Source: an uncultured Actinomycetes bacterium (GTDB lineage: Bacteria > Actinomycetota > UBA4738 > JBBDTT01). Taken from it: a stretch of DNA of 64,000 bases. Each line of letters begins with the position of its first letter. Position 1 is the first letter of the stretch. Positions 1 to 8,139 of this stretch are shown here, piece by piece. The position numbers were made by a program, and so were the translations under genes. The stretch is taken from contig CAVUMN010000004.1 of NCBI GenBank assembly GCA_963742735.1, forward strand, positions 160,001-224,000. Reading direction: 5' to 3'. A model generated the notes under the pieces. It made no database searches. It saw only the letters and a list, made by a program, of their open reading frames with translations, and was not told where the DNA came from.

Positions 1-219
1 GCCACAGAACTGGCAGGAGTAGGACGTGCGCTTCTTGACGCGGTAGTGGGGCGTGACCTTCTGATCCTTGGGGCAGTAGATACCGTCCGGGTAGAGGTAG
101 CCGACAAGCCAGTCAAGACACGTCGCGTCGTCGGGGAAATCCTTCTCGAACTGGCTGAACGTGTAGGTCGCTTCGGAGCCGCCTGCGATCCTCGGATTGT
201 TGCGATCCACCTTGCTCAT
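1..219 (-). CDS. IS1595-family transposase, N-terminal part (runs off window start)
   Basis: Not in ORF track. Manual translation from ATG at 219: MSKVDRNNPRIAGGSEATYTFSQFEKDFPDDATCLDWLVGYLYPDGIYCPKDQKVTPHYRVKKRTSYSCQFCG. The F..FPDD..C..WL...YPDG..CP..C..CG pattern is the IS1595 Zn-ribbon N-terminus. Confidence 0.85.
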   Translation of the reverse strand, partial: MSKVDRNNPRIAGGSEATYTFSQFEKDFPDDATCLDWLVGYLYPDGIYCPKDQKVTPHYRVKKRTSYSCQFCG

Positions 220-226
220 GTGCCTG

Positions 227-255
227 AATATACATGATGCAGGTACCTACGTCAA
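227..255 (-). promoter_or_regulatory. Sigma70-type promoter of the transposase
   Basis: TTGACG (255-250), 17-nt spacer, TATATT (232-227); ATG follows 7 nt later with no RBS. Confidence 0.7.
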
Positions 256-274
256 GTATATTCGCCAGCGGCCT

Positions 275-324
275 AGAAAAGCGGAAAACGGGAGGCCCAC
301 ACTGAAAAGGTCTCCCGCTTCCGC
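275..324 (-). terminator. Putative intrinsic terminator
   Basis: Minus strand GCGGAAGCGGGAGACC-loop-GGCCTCCCGTTTTCCGC followed by TTTTCT. Confidence 0.55.
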
Positions 325-545
325 CGGGAGTCTGAGGATCGGCACAAAGGACCTCCAGGCTCCACGTCCCATGAGGCCGAGATTCTTGACCAAGCGGAAT
401 GACACCCCTGGGATTCGGGTGTACCATCCGAGGAAGAGCTTGAGAACTCGCCCCACATATAGATTTCCAGCGAGCCTCCGTGTTGGCGCACGGGGGCCGC
501 TGCGGTTCAGTGTTGCTTCCAGAGTTACATTGCTGTAATTCTGGC
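275..545 (-). ncRNA. Putative ~270-nt structured ncRNA downstream of the DUF3800 gene
   Basis: Extended -10 TGcTACAAT (560-552). 5' hairpin CCAGAATTACA-GCAA-TGTAACTCTGG (544-519). Long-range pair ACACTGAA (513-506) with TTCAGTGT (306-299). Several internal stems, a 3' hairpin and a U-tract. No credible ORF. Some wobble pairs fit the + strand better, so strand is not certain. Confidence 0.55.
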
Positions 546-551
546 GAGGAG

Positions 552-587
552 ATTGTAGCACTAGGTATTGACTCCACTGGGTATACT
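552..587. promoter_or_regulatory. Back-to-back divergent -10 elements
   Basis: TGcTACAAT on minus (560-552) and TATACT on plus (582-587), each about 6 nt upstream of a structured segment. Confidence 0.5.
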
Positions 588-593
588 TGTTGG

Positions 594-679
594 GCGTGAG
601 GCTTGGAGCGCTGGCCTAGGGTTCGGGCAATGCCCGATCTCCGTTTGAAAGCCAGCCCATCCAAGCTTTGCGCATTTCC
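594..679 (+). ncRNA. Putative ~85-nt hairpin ncRNA convergent with the DUF3800 gene
   Basis: GCGTGAGGCTTGGA (594-607) pairs with TCCAAGCTTTGCGC (660-673) using three G-U pairs on the + strand. Inner stems GCTGGC/GCCAGC and TCGGGC/GCCCGA. It ends just short of the DUF3800 stop codon (687). Confidence 0.55.
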
Positions 680-686
680 AGGCCGG

Positions 687-1520
687 CTAGCGCCTCCGAC
701 GACCAAGCTTCCGAGTCCGCCTGAGCTTGCCCTTTGTTTCCTCGGTTGGCCGCCAATACCATTCGCTGAACTTGGGAAAGTGCCTCCGAAGGGATCCTGA
801 GGCGTACTGCCGCCAGAACCCTGGATCCATTCGCTGAACGCCCAAGGGAACGAGCGATTGGGCCAAGTAGGTCGCGGCGCCCTGCTTGTGGGCATTCGCA
901 GACGGGATTAGCGATTGATACACGCCGCCGGTCAGAAGGTCGCACAGTTGCAAGGCTTGGTTGGCGTCCTTCCACGATTCGGTGTGCTGGAACTTGGAGA
1001 TGTAAGGCGACCCACCCTCGTAGTTCCGAGTGAAGCGTTCCTCAAGCTCGGGAATGACGTCATAGCCCTGAAGAATGCGGAGCCGATCCAAATAGAGCTC
1101 AGCGCCCCGGATGGAGCCTCCGCCAAGTGGCTCCTTCAGCTCTGGGTGAAGCAACATCTCGGCCCACTTCTTGTACGCCTTCCGCTTCTTGAGGGCGTCG
1201 GCCTCAAAGGGACCGCCAAAATGGCGGCCATCCCAGATTGACCAATCGATCACGATGCTCCGGAAGTAGCAATGATGCTTCAGGAACAAATCGATCCAAG
1301 CCGTCGCCACCGCTACGTCATGATGGGACTTGAACTTCGTCAGGTGGGTTTCCTTATAGCGAGCCTTGTGCTTCGGGCTGCGGTTGAAGTAGCGCTGGTC
1401 TTCCTTCACCTTCGCCAAGGCGGAGTGAAGAGGGCCGTGATCCGGCACGAACAGCATCCCGATGATGAGCCACTTGTCGGACTGGGTGCCCGATTCGTCA
1501 ATGTAGATCCGAAATGCCAC
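687..1520 (-). CDS. DUF3800 domain protein (RNase H-like fold)
   Basis: N-terminal IYIDESG and C-terminal QLCD (QxxD) motifs typical of DUF3800; basic tail; TAGCAT -10 six nt before GTG. Confidence 0.85.
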   Translation of the reverse strand: MAFRIYIDESGTQSDKWLIIGMLFVPDHGPLHSALAKVKEDQRYFNRSPKHKARYKETHLTKFKSHHDVAVATAWIDLFLKHHCYFRSIVIDWSIWDGRHFGGPFEADALKKRKAYKKWAEMLLHPELKEPLGGGSIRGAELYLDRLRILQGYDVIPELEERFTRNYEGGSPYISKFQHTESWKDANQALQLCDLLTGGVYQSLIPSANAHKQGAATYLAQSLVPLGVQRMDPGFWRQYASGSLRRHFPKFSEWYWRPTEETKGKLRRTRKLGRRRR

Positions 1521-1572
1521 GCTCTGATGCTAGCGAGCCTGACTCTGAGGGATCAGGATGACCCCACGCCAC

Positions 1573-2061
1573 CTACCCCGAAGCCGCGGTGACGGCGATC
1601 ACCACGGGCACCGCGATGAACAGATAGACGCCCACGACGAGAGCGAACGTGGGACGGGGAATGAGGCCCTTGTTCCACTTCTGATACGAGTTCAGGGCGA
1701 GCAGTCCGGGGATAAGCCCCATGAACCATCCCCCGACTACGCCCGTCCACATGGCCGCCGTTTGCCACGGCTGCATGGGTGGGGCTGGAAGGGGCGACCG
1801 CGTTTCTCGGGTGAATCCAGGCGGGCCCTCTCTCGGCATCGTTTCCCTCCCCTGAACTTCGCCTGCCGGTCGGCGTAGCTGGCTGGGCGGTATCCCTTCG
1901 GCGCTGCTGTAGGTCTCTACTGCCCGGTCCCAACCTTCCGGGGTCCGAGGGAAAGTTCCGCCGCTGATGACCGGCTGACGCCGATCCCAAATCTCGTAGG
2001 AGTCGGCCGATTCCCCGAGGACCAGGCGCTTTCCCGAGTGGACGATCCGGCGATCAGTCAC
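1573..2061 (-). CDS. Hypothetical membrane protein with 2 predicted C-terminal TM segments
   Basis: 162-aa ORF; hydrophobic segments WTGVVGGWFMGLIPGLLAL and FALVVGVYLFIAVPVVIAV; TAGGCT -10 six nt upstream. Confidence 0.6.
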   Translation of the reverse strand: MTDRRIVHSGKRLVLGESADSYEIWDRRQPVISGGTFPRTPEGWDRAVETYSSAEGIPPSQLRRPAGEVQGRETMPREGPPGFTRETRSPLPAPPMQPWQTAAMWTGVVGGWFMGLIPGLLALNSYQKWNKGLIPRPTFALVVGVYLFIAVPVVIAVTAASG

Positions 2062-2074
2062 CCCTTCAGCCTAC

Positions 2075-2099
2075 TACCTGCGTCAAGGGGATAGTTCCC
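2075..2099 (-). repeat. Second IS1595-like end sequence, same orientation as 244-266
   Basis: Minus strand GGGAACTATCCCCTTGACGCAGGTA. On +, tacctgcgtcaag (2075-2087) matches tacctacgtcaag (244-256) at 12/13. It coincides with the shift to higher GC. Confidence 0.5.
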
Positions 2100-2119
2100 A
2101 CGAATCTCGATGCAGTCGG

Positions 2120-2144
2120 TATGGTCCATCGATATCCATCGATG
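2120..2144 (+). promoter_or_regulatory. arsR promoter -10 and putative ArsR operator
   Basis: TATGGT (2120-2125) followed by inverted repeat CATCGAT-atcc-ATCGATG (2127-2144). Confidence 0.55.
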
Positions 2145-2155
2145 AAGGGTCAGGT

Positions 2156-2521
2156 ATGAAGACGCCGATCGCCGTTCGGGAGACCAGCGACCCGCTCGTC
2201 GCCTGTTGCGGCGTCCTGGCCACGGACGGCATGACCCCGGACGAGGCCGGCGACGTGGCGACCCTGTTCAAGGCCCTCGCCGATCCCCACCGGGTTCGCA
2301 TCGTGAACATGCTGGCCACCACCGAGGAGCCCGTCTGCGTGTGCGACTTCACCGACGACCTCTCCCTCGCCCAGGGCACGGTCAGCTTCCACCTCAAGAA
2401 GCTCGTGGACGCGGGGCTGATCGAGCGCGAGCAACGGGGAACCTGGGCCTACTACTCGCTGCGACCGGACGCGCTGCGCCGCGTCGCCGACGTCTTTCGA
2501 CCGGAAGGAGCACGCCGATGA
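2156..2521 (+). CDS. arsR: ArsR/SmtB family regulator
   Basis: FKALADPHRVRI, VCVCD metal box, VSFHLKKL, N-terminal CC; stop overlaps the arsM start. Confidence 0.9.
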   Translation: MKTPIAVRETSDPLVACCGVLATDGMTPDEAGDVATLFKALADPHRVRIVNMLATTEEPVCVCDFTDDLSLAQGTVSFHLKKLVDAGLIEREQRGTWAYYSLRPDALRRVADVFRPEGARR

Positions 2522-3321
2522 CCGACATCCGCGAAGAGGTTCGAGCCCGCTATGCGGAGGCGGCCACGGCCGCCTCGGGGGGCACTGACGCGTCCTGTGG
2601 CGACGCCTGCGGTTGCGGACCGGCCACGGGCGACGCGTCCTTCGGCCACCTCCTGTACGACGCGGCCGAGCGCGGCGAGCTCCCCGACGCGGCGGTCCTG
2701 GCCAGCCTGGGCTGCGGGAACCCGACGGCCGTCGCGGACCTGCGGGAGGGCGAAACGGTCCTCGACCTCGGCTCGGGCGGTGGGATCGACGTGCTCCTCT
2801 CGGCCCGGCGGGTGGGGCCGGCCGGGAAGGCCTACGGACTGGACATGACCGAGGAGATGCTCGCCCTGGCACTGAAGAACCAGGCCGAGGCGGGTGCCAC
2901 CAACGTCCAGTTCCTGAAGGGCTACATCGAGGAGATCCCCCTGCCGGCGGAGACCGTCGATGTGGTCATCTCGAACTGCGTGATCAACCTGTCCGCCGAC
3001 AAGCCGAAGGTGCTCGCCGAGATGCACCGGGTCCTGAAGCCCGGGGGCCGGATCGGGGTCAGCGACGTCGTCGCGTCCAACGAGCTCACCCCCGAGCTCC
3101 GGGCGCAGCGGGGGAGCTACGTCGGCTGCATCGCCGGCGCGCTGTCCTTCGACGAGTACGAGCGCGGGCTCCGCGAGGCCGGGTTCGAGTCGATCTCCGT
3201 GACGTCCACCCACGAGGTGGCCGAGGGCATGCACGCCGCGGTCGTCAAGGCGGTCAAGCCGGTGAGGACCGCCCCCTCGAGCGCGGTCGCCCTCCCCGTG
3301 GTGCAGTCCTCCTGCTGCTGA
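2518..3321 (+). CDS. arsM: Arsenite S-adenosylmethyltransferase
   Basis: [33 protein letters not shown] and terminal CC; true start ATG 2518. Confidence 0.9.
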   Translation: MTDIREEVRARYAEAATAASGGTDASCGDACGCGPATGDASFGHLLYDAAERGELPDAAVLASLGCGNPTAVADLREGETVLDLGSGGGIDVLLSARRVGPAGKAYGLDMTEEMLALALKNQAEAGATNVQFLKGYIEEIPLPAETVDVVISNCVINLSADKPKVLAEMHRVLKPGGRIGVSDVVASNELTPELRAQRGSYVGCIAGALSFDEYERGLREAGFESISVTSTHEVAEGMHAAVVKAVKPVRTAPSSAVALPVVQSSCC

Positions 3322-3632
3322 GCCCGCTCAGCACGCAGCTCGGGCACCCGTCCATCGAAGGTCACCGTCCCGTTGCAGCGCTCGCCGCCGGCGAGGATCC
3401 CCCAGGCCCGGATGTGGCGCGGGCCGGGCGCCGGCGTGTTCGTCAGGCCGGGCTTGATGGTGAACACACCGGTGGGCGCGGCGATCGTCCCCCAGATGCA
3501 GGTCGTGACCGACGGCGCCGGTCCCAGCCCCCACGTCGGGGCCGAGGGGAAGGCCGCCAACACCGTCAGGGCCGCGAGCATCCCTCGAGATCGAATCCGC
3601 GCTCCCCCCTTCGCCGTTCGTCGGCGCGCCAC
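3322..3632 (-). pseudogene. Probable 3'-truncated secreted-protein gene
   Basis: Signal-peptide-like N-terminus then TTCIWGTIAAPTGVFTIKPGLTNTP...CNGTVTFDG; the frame then runs antisense into arsM without its own stop. Confidence 0.4.
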
Positions 3633-3703
3633 TCCACGATAAAGGATTATCTTAATTTAGGGCAAGCCTTACAACGACCGAGTCCGTGTGCTTCAATGCG
3701 GAA

Positions 3704-4018
3704 ATGCAGGAGGCCGCGCTTCGAGCGATCGCCAGCCCCCGGCGCCGGGAGATCCTTCGCCTGGTCTGGGAGCAGGAGCTCTCGTCGGGCGACATCGCCG
3801 CCCGGTTCGACGTCAGCTGGCCGGCCATCTCCCAGAATCTGCGGGTGCTCGAGGCGGCCGGCTTGGTTCGAAGCCAGCGCCGCGGGACCACCCGCCTCTA
3901 CCGGGCCGACCGGGCACGACTCGGTCCCCTGAAGGCGGTCCTGACGAAGATGTGGGAGGCGGACCTCGACCGGCTGGCCGGGCTGGCCGAGGCCGAGGAG
4001 CGAGCCGGGTCCCAATGA
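3704..4018 (+). CDS. ArsR family regulator (SRPBCC-associated)
   Basis: LRAIASPRRREIL, SWPAISQNLRVL; coupled to the SRPBCC gene by ATGA overlap. Confidence 0.85.
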   Translation: MQEAALRAIASPRRREILRLVWEQELSSGDIAARFDVSWPAISQNLRVLEAAGLVRSQRRGTTRLYRADRARLGPLKAVLTKMWEADLDRLAGLAEAEERAGSQ

Positions 4019-4491
4019 CCCCCTCCAGCTTCGTGGTGGAGATCGAGCGCCGGATCGACGCCCGGCCCGAGACGGTCTTCTCGTTCTTCACCGATCCGGA
4101 GCGCTACCGGCTGTGGCAGGGCGTCGACGCGGAGCTCGACCCCCGGCCGGGTGGCGTCTTCCGCGTGATCGAGACGGGCAGGACCCGGATGGTCGCGCGT
4201 GGCGTCTTCGTGGAGGTCCGCCCGCCGACGAGGCTGGTGTTCACGTGGGGATGGGAGCCGAGCGACCCGCTCCCCGACTACGCCGTGGGGCTGCCGCCGG
4301 GGACCTCCACGGTCGAGGTGGACCTGGTCGCGGACGGCGAGGGGACCATCCTGCGCCTGCGCCACAGCGGCCTGCCCCGGACCGAGGCCGTCCGCCAGGT
4401 CCACGTCTACGGGTGGGAGTCCACCCTCGACCGCCTGGCCGTCGCCGCCGGCGGTGGCGATCCCGGGCCGTACGCGCTGGCCGAGCTGTAG
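4015..4491 (+). CDS. SRPBCC/AHA1-like domain protein
   Basis: ERRIDARPETVF, LDPRPGG, RLVFTWGW, GWESTLDRL. Confidence 0.85.
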   Translation: MTPSSFVVEIERRIDARPETVFSFFTDPERYRLWQGVDAELDPRPGGVFRVIETGRTRMVARGVFVEVRPPTRLVFTWGWEPSDPLPDYAVGLPPGTSTVEVDLVADGEGTILRLRHSGLPRTEAVRQVHVYGWESTLDRLAVAAGGGDPGPYALAEL

Positions 4492-4565
4492 GCCGGCGCC
4501 CCGCTCGCATAGGTGAGACGCGGACCGATCGGGTATCTCTCGAGGATCGACGCAGGGAGATCGTC

Positions 4566-4961
4566 ATGACGCATGCGACGGGTACGTTCGACATCGCCTT
4601 CGGCAGCGAGGACGTCGTCCACGAGGTGGAGGGTGGTCCCAAGCTCACGCACGCCGACGGCAAGCAGTCGTTCACCGGCGACATCCAGGGCGACGGCTCG
4701 GTCGAATGGCTGATGTGCTACACGCCCGACGGCAGCGCCACGCTCGTCGGGCTGAACCGCATCGAGGGCACGATGGGCGGGCGCCGAGGGAGCTTCGTCG
4801 TCGAGTCCACGGGAGACCACGACGGCAGCCAGTCAAAGGGGATCTGGCGCGTGATCGAGGGCTCCGGCACCGAGGACCTCGCCGGCCTCCGAGGGGAGGG
4901 CACCTGGCACGCGCCCGGCGGCCCCCAGGGGACCTACTCCCTGGAGTACGAGCTGGCGTAG
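4566..4961 (+). CDS. DUF3224 family protein
   Basis: FTGDIQG, GRRGSFV, VIEGSGTEDLAGLRGEG, YSLEYEL; GGGAGA RBS upstream. Confidence 0.8.
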   Translation: MTHATGTFDIAFGSEDVVHEVEGGPKLTHADGKQSFTGDIQGDGSVEWLMCYTPDGSATLVGLNRIEGTMGGRRGSFVVESTGDHDGSQSKGIWRVIEGSGTEDLAGLRGEGTWHAPGGPQGTYSLEYELA

Positions 4962-4989
4962 TCCGGCCGGCCGTTCGGAAGACCGAGAC

Positions 4990-6066
4990 CTAGCCGGCCG
5001 GGGCCCGGAGCACACCCGGGGTGCGTCCGGCGAGCTCCTTGCGAACCGCGGGGGCGACCTCGGTCCCCAGCAGCTCGATGGAGCGCATCATGCGGTCGTG
5101 GGGCAGCGTGCCCACGCTGAACTGCACCAGGAACCGGTCGTGCTGGAACAGCTCGTGCTGGAACAGGATCTTCTCGATCACCTGTTGGGGGCTGCCGACG
5201 AAGCTGTGGCCGCGGGGCGCACTCCCGGCGTCGTAGTCGGACCGCGTCATCGGGGGCCACCCCCGCTCCTTGCCGATCTTGTTCATCATCACGGCCGCGT
5301 AGGGGTACGAGACGTCGAGCGCCTCCTGCGAGGTGTCCGCGATGAACCCGTGGGAGTTGATGGACAGCGCCGGCAGGGGGTCGTGACCTGCCCGCCGGGC
5401 CGCCTCACGGAAGAGCTCGACCAGCGGCACGAATCGCTCCGGCATGCCGCCGATGATCGCCAGGGCCATCGGCAGCCCCAGGACGCCTGCGCGCGCGGCC
5501 GACCCCGGGTTGCCGCCGACGGCGACCCAGACCGGCAGGGGATCCTGGACCGGCCTCGGGTAGACGGCCTGGTCCTGCAGGGGCGGACGGTGTCTCCCCG
5601 ACCACGTGACCGACACGGACTCGCGGAGCTTCAGCAGCAGCTCGAGCTTCTCCGCGAACAGCTCGTCGTAGTCCTCGAGGTCGTAGCCGAACAGGGGGAA
5701 CGACTCGATGAACGAGCCCCGTCCGGCCATGATCTCCGCCCGGCCTTCCGACAGCAGGTCCAGCGTCGCGAAGTCCTGGAACACGCGGACGGGGTCGTCG
5801 GAGCTGATCACCGACACCGCGCTCGTGAGGCGGATGTCCTTCGTCCGCTCCGCCGCCGCACCGAGGACGACCGCCGGCGCCGACACGGCGAAGTCGGGAC
5901 GGTGATGCTCGCCCAGGCCGAAGACGTCCAGGCCGAGCTGGTCGGCCAGCTCGATCTCCTCCATGAGGTTGCGCAGCCGCTGCCGCGCGCCGATCACCGA
6001 CCCGTCGTGCGGGTCGGCCTGCACCTCCGCGAACGTGTAGAGCCCGATCTCCATGGTGACGTTCAT
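4990..6066 (-). CDS. LLM class flavin-dependent oxidoreductase
   Basis: [39 protein letters not shown]. Confidence 0.9.
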   Translation of the reverse strand: MNVTMEIGLYTFAEVQADPHDGSVIGARQRLRNLMEEIELADQLGLDVFGLGEHHRPDFAVSAPAVVLGAAAERTKDIRLTSAVSVISSDDPVRVFQDFATLDLLSEGRAEIMAGRGSFIESFPLFGYDLEDYDELFAEKLELLLKLRESVSVTWSGRHRPPLQDQAVYPRPVQDPLPVWVAVGGNPGSAARAGVLGLPMALAIIGGMPERFVPLVELFREAARRAGHDPLPALSINSHGFIADTSQEALDVSYPYAAVMMNKIGKERGWPPMTRSDYDAGSAPRGHSFVGSPQQVIEKILFQHELFQHDRFLVQFSVGTLPHDRMMRSIELLGTEVAPAVRKELAGRTPGVLRAPAG

Positions 6067-6089
6067 ACCCAACGCATCGGGACGCGCCG

Positions 6090-7142
6090 TTAGTCCGCGT
6101 GGAACGCCGCGAGCCGCTCCCCCTCGTCCTCGAGCTCACCCCGCGTCCCTCGCGAGAGCCGGCCGAAGGGCGTCAGCTTCACGCGGCCGTTCTCGTAGCG
6201 CCAGGACCCCGCCACCGCCCCGTCCACCAGGAACACCGGCACCGACTGCGGTGTCTTGGTCGAGAAGATCTTCGAGCGGTGCTCCTCGGGGAGGATCTGG
6301 GTCCTCCGCGCGTGGACCAGAAGCGTCGCGTCCCAGGTGGGGATGAACCGAACCGGCGCCGGCGTGTCCGGGTCGGGCAGGGGCGCGCGGGGCAGGTCCA
6401 GGAGCTCACCGCCTCGCTCGTCGCGGAACCGGCGGAGCGGGAGCCGTGCGATCGTCGGAGCCACCGCTCCCACCGGCACACCGGCCCAGTTCGCCAGGTC
6501 GTTGGCGGACGCCGGGCCGAAGCCTCCCAGGTAGGCGCGAACCACCCGCTCGAGACCCTCGGCCTCGGTCGTCTCGGGCACCCGCACCCAGTCCTCGGCG
6601 AGCCCGTACAGGTCGGCCCGCCGCCGCTCCCAGGTGCCGGAGGGCGGGACGCGGACCAGGTCGATCCAGAGCCCCGCCCCGGACAACGCGGTCGGCGGAA
6701 ACCCGTCCTCGGTCAGCCGGCGCTTGAGCTCGCCCGCCGCCAGGGGACCGCCGGCCAGGTAGCGGCGGATGCGGTGAGCGACCGCGGTCATGTCGACGTT
6801 TCCCATTAATCGTTGGGTAGCTCCGGTCCACCCCTGCAGCCTCCCGCGCCGGATTCCCGCCATGAACCGCCGGTAGTCGCGAGCCGAGGCCATGTGGATC
6901 GTCAGGCGCATCATCGTCGCCTGGATCACGCGCCTCGACTTCAGCGCCTTCGTGAGCGCGTCGCGCTCGAAGCCCTCCAGCCGGGACCACAGCCCGACGT
7001 ACGCGGAGGGCGCGTACTGCGTCTGCAGCCCCGCAAGCTGCTCGAGGGCACGGGTGATGGGCAGCCGGCTCCGTTCCAGCAGGAGCTGGCGGGCGAGCAG
7101 CGCCCGGTTCAGCTCACGCGTCGAGAGAACGCGCTCGGTCAT
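6090..7142 (-). CDS. AlkZ/YcaQ-like winged-helix DNA glycosylase (HTH_42)
   Basis: [19 protein letters not shown] (QxQ), [16 protein letters not shown]. Confidence 0.85.
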   Translation of the reverse strand: MTERVLSTRELNRALLARQLLLERSRLPITRALEQLAGLQTQYAPSAYVGLWSRLEGFERDALTKALKSRRVIQATMMRLTIHMASARDYRRFMAGIRRGRLQGWTGATQRLMGNVDMTAVAHRIRRYLAGGPLAAGELKRRLTEDGFPPTALSGAGLWIDLVRVPPSGTWERRRADLYGLAEDWVRVPETTEAEGLERVVRAYLGGFGPASANDLANWAGVPVGAVAPTIARLPLRRFRDERGGELLDLPRAPLPDPDTPAPVRFIPTWDATLLVHARRTQILPEEHRSKIFSTKTPQSVPVFLVDGAVAGSWRYENGRVKLTPFGRLSRGTRGELEDEGERLAAFHAD

Positions 7143-7169
7143 CGGCGGGCCATGCTAGGCCCCGCGGGC

Positions 7170-8063
7170 TCAGATCCGGATCGTCTTGCTCGTGAAGACG
7201 CAGCTCTTGATTCCGAAACAGGTCTTGGCGACGACCACGTACAGCCCCGGTCGGGGACGGGGGAGCAGCGCGCTGTACGAGGCGCCCTTGAGCGTCGCCA
7301 GGATCGTCGTGGGCACCCTCGAGACCGGCGTGCCGGCCTTCGCGATGCCGATGCGAACGCCACCGGGAATCGAGTAGTCCGAGATCTTGACCGACTCGCC
7401 GCCGAGGTTGTTCTCGTAGACGACCCCGCCCATGCCGACGGTCGACGTCAGCGTGTCGGCGTCCGCGATCGAGGTCCCCGTAGTGATAACGGAGCCGAGG
7501 TCGGCCGGCATGAGCGCGAACGGCACCTGGACGCTCACCGCGCCGCCCTCCATGGTCCCGTCGAGCTGGTGGTCACACAGGAACCCGTCCGCGCTCAGGG
7601 TGCAGAGGTGGAAGTACGGCCCGGCGGTGGGGGGAAACCCGCCGAGGTTGCCCATCTGGATGTGCTTGTCGACGCCGTTGACCTTGAACTGCCACAGGTA
7701 GACGAAGCCCGGCGAGATGGTGGTACCCGGCGCGGGGTCGTGCACGGTGAAGGAGAACGTGAGGACTTCGGCCCCGGGGTCTGCCTGCATCGTGACGGAG
7801 GCCAGGTCCAGGCCGAGGTCCAGCGGAGCGATGGTCTCGTCGCCCTCGGGGTCGGTGGCCAGGACCGCCGCCTTCAGCGAGTCGGCGCCCGTGGTCAGCT
7901 TTCCGGCGACGGAGAGGGTGCGACCGGCCGACAGGCGCGTGATCGACAGCTTCGTCTTGGCCGGAGCCGCCGTCGCGGGACCCGCGGGCACCAGGGTCGT
8001 GAGGACGGACAGGGCCGCCGTGATGGCGACGCTGAAACGCACGGCGAGCTTGGAGCGCGTCAT
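7170..8063 (-). CDS. Secreted hypothetical protein
   Basis: Signal peptide (PAGPATA), AAGGAG RBS, high-GC codon usage. Confidence 0.75.
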   Translation of the reverse strand: MTRSKLAVRFSVAITAALSVLTTLVPAGPATAAPAKTKLSITRLSAGRTLSVAGKLTTGADSLKAAVLATDPEGDETIAPLDLGLDLASVTMQADPGAEVLTFSFTVHDPAPGTTISPGFVYLWQFKVNGVDKHIQMGNLGGFPPTAGPYFHLCTLSADGFLCDHQLDGTMEGGAVSVQVPFALMPADLGSVITTGTSIADADTLTSTVGMGGVVYENNLGGESVKISDYSIPGGVRIGIAKAGTPVSRVPTTILATLKGASYSALLPRPRPGLYVVVAKTCFGIKSCVFTSKTIRI

Positions 8064-8139
8064 TGCGAGACTCCTTCGTCGGATCGGTGGCGGATATCTG
8101 AATTCGGGCGGGCGGAGCCGCTCTCCTGCTCGCGGACGC

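Larger units (their letters stand above)
1..266 (-). mobile_element. End of an IS1595-family element with putative terminal inverted repeat at about 244-266
   Basis: Minus strand GGCGAATATACTTGACGTAGGTA lies just upstream of the transposase start and resembles IS1595-type GG..a.TAT termini. The partner end is outside the window. Confidence 0.65.

Noticed and set aside
568-587. TTGACT...TATACT as a -35/-10 pair
   Set aside because: The spacer is only 8 nt, so only the -10 was retained.
407-627. Possible trans pairing between the two putative RNAs (cctgggattcggg 407-419 vs cctagggttcggg 615-627)
   Set aside because: An 11/13 match between segments of this size is plausible by chance, and both segments are partly inside stems. 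It needs covariation evidence.
46-975. ORF-track ORFs over the IS end and the structured intergenic region (113-895, 197-538, 247-561, 273-491, 603-800)
   Set aside because: No recognisable motifs, they overlap each other, and they cross the transposase, terminator and DUF3800 stop. The real transposase frame (219 to <1) is missing from the track.
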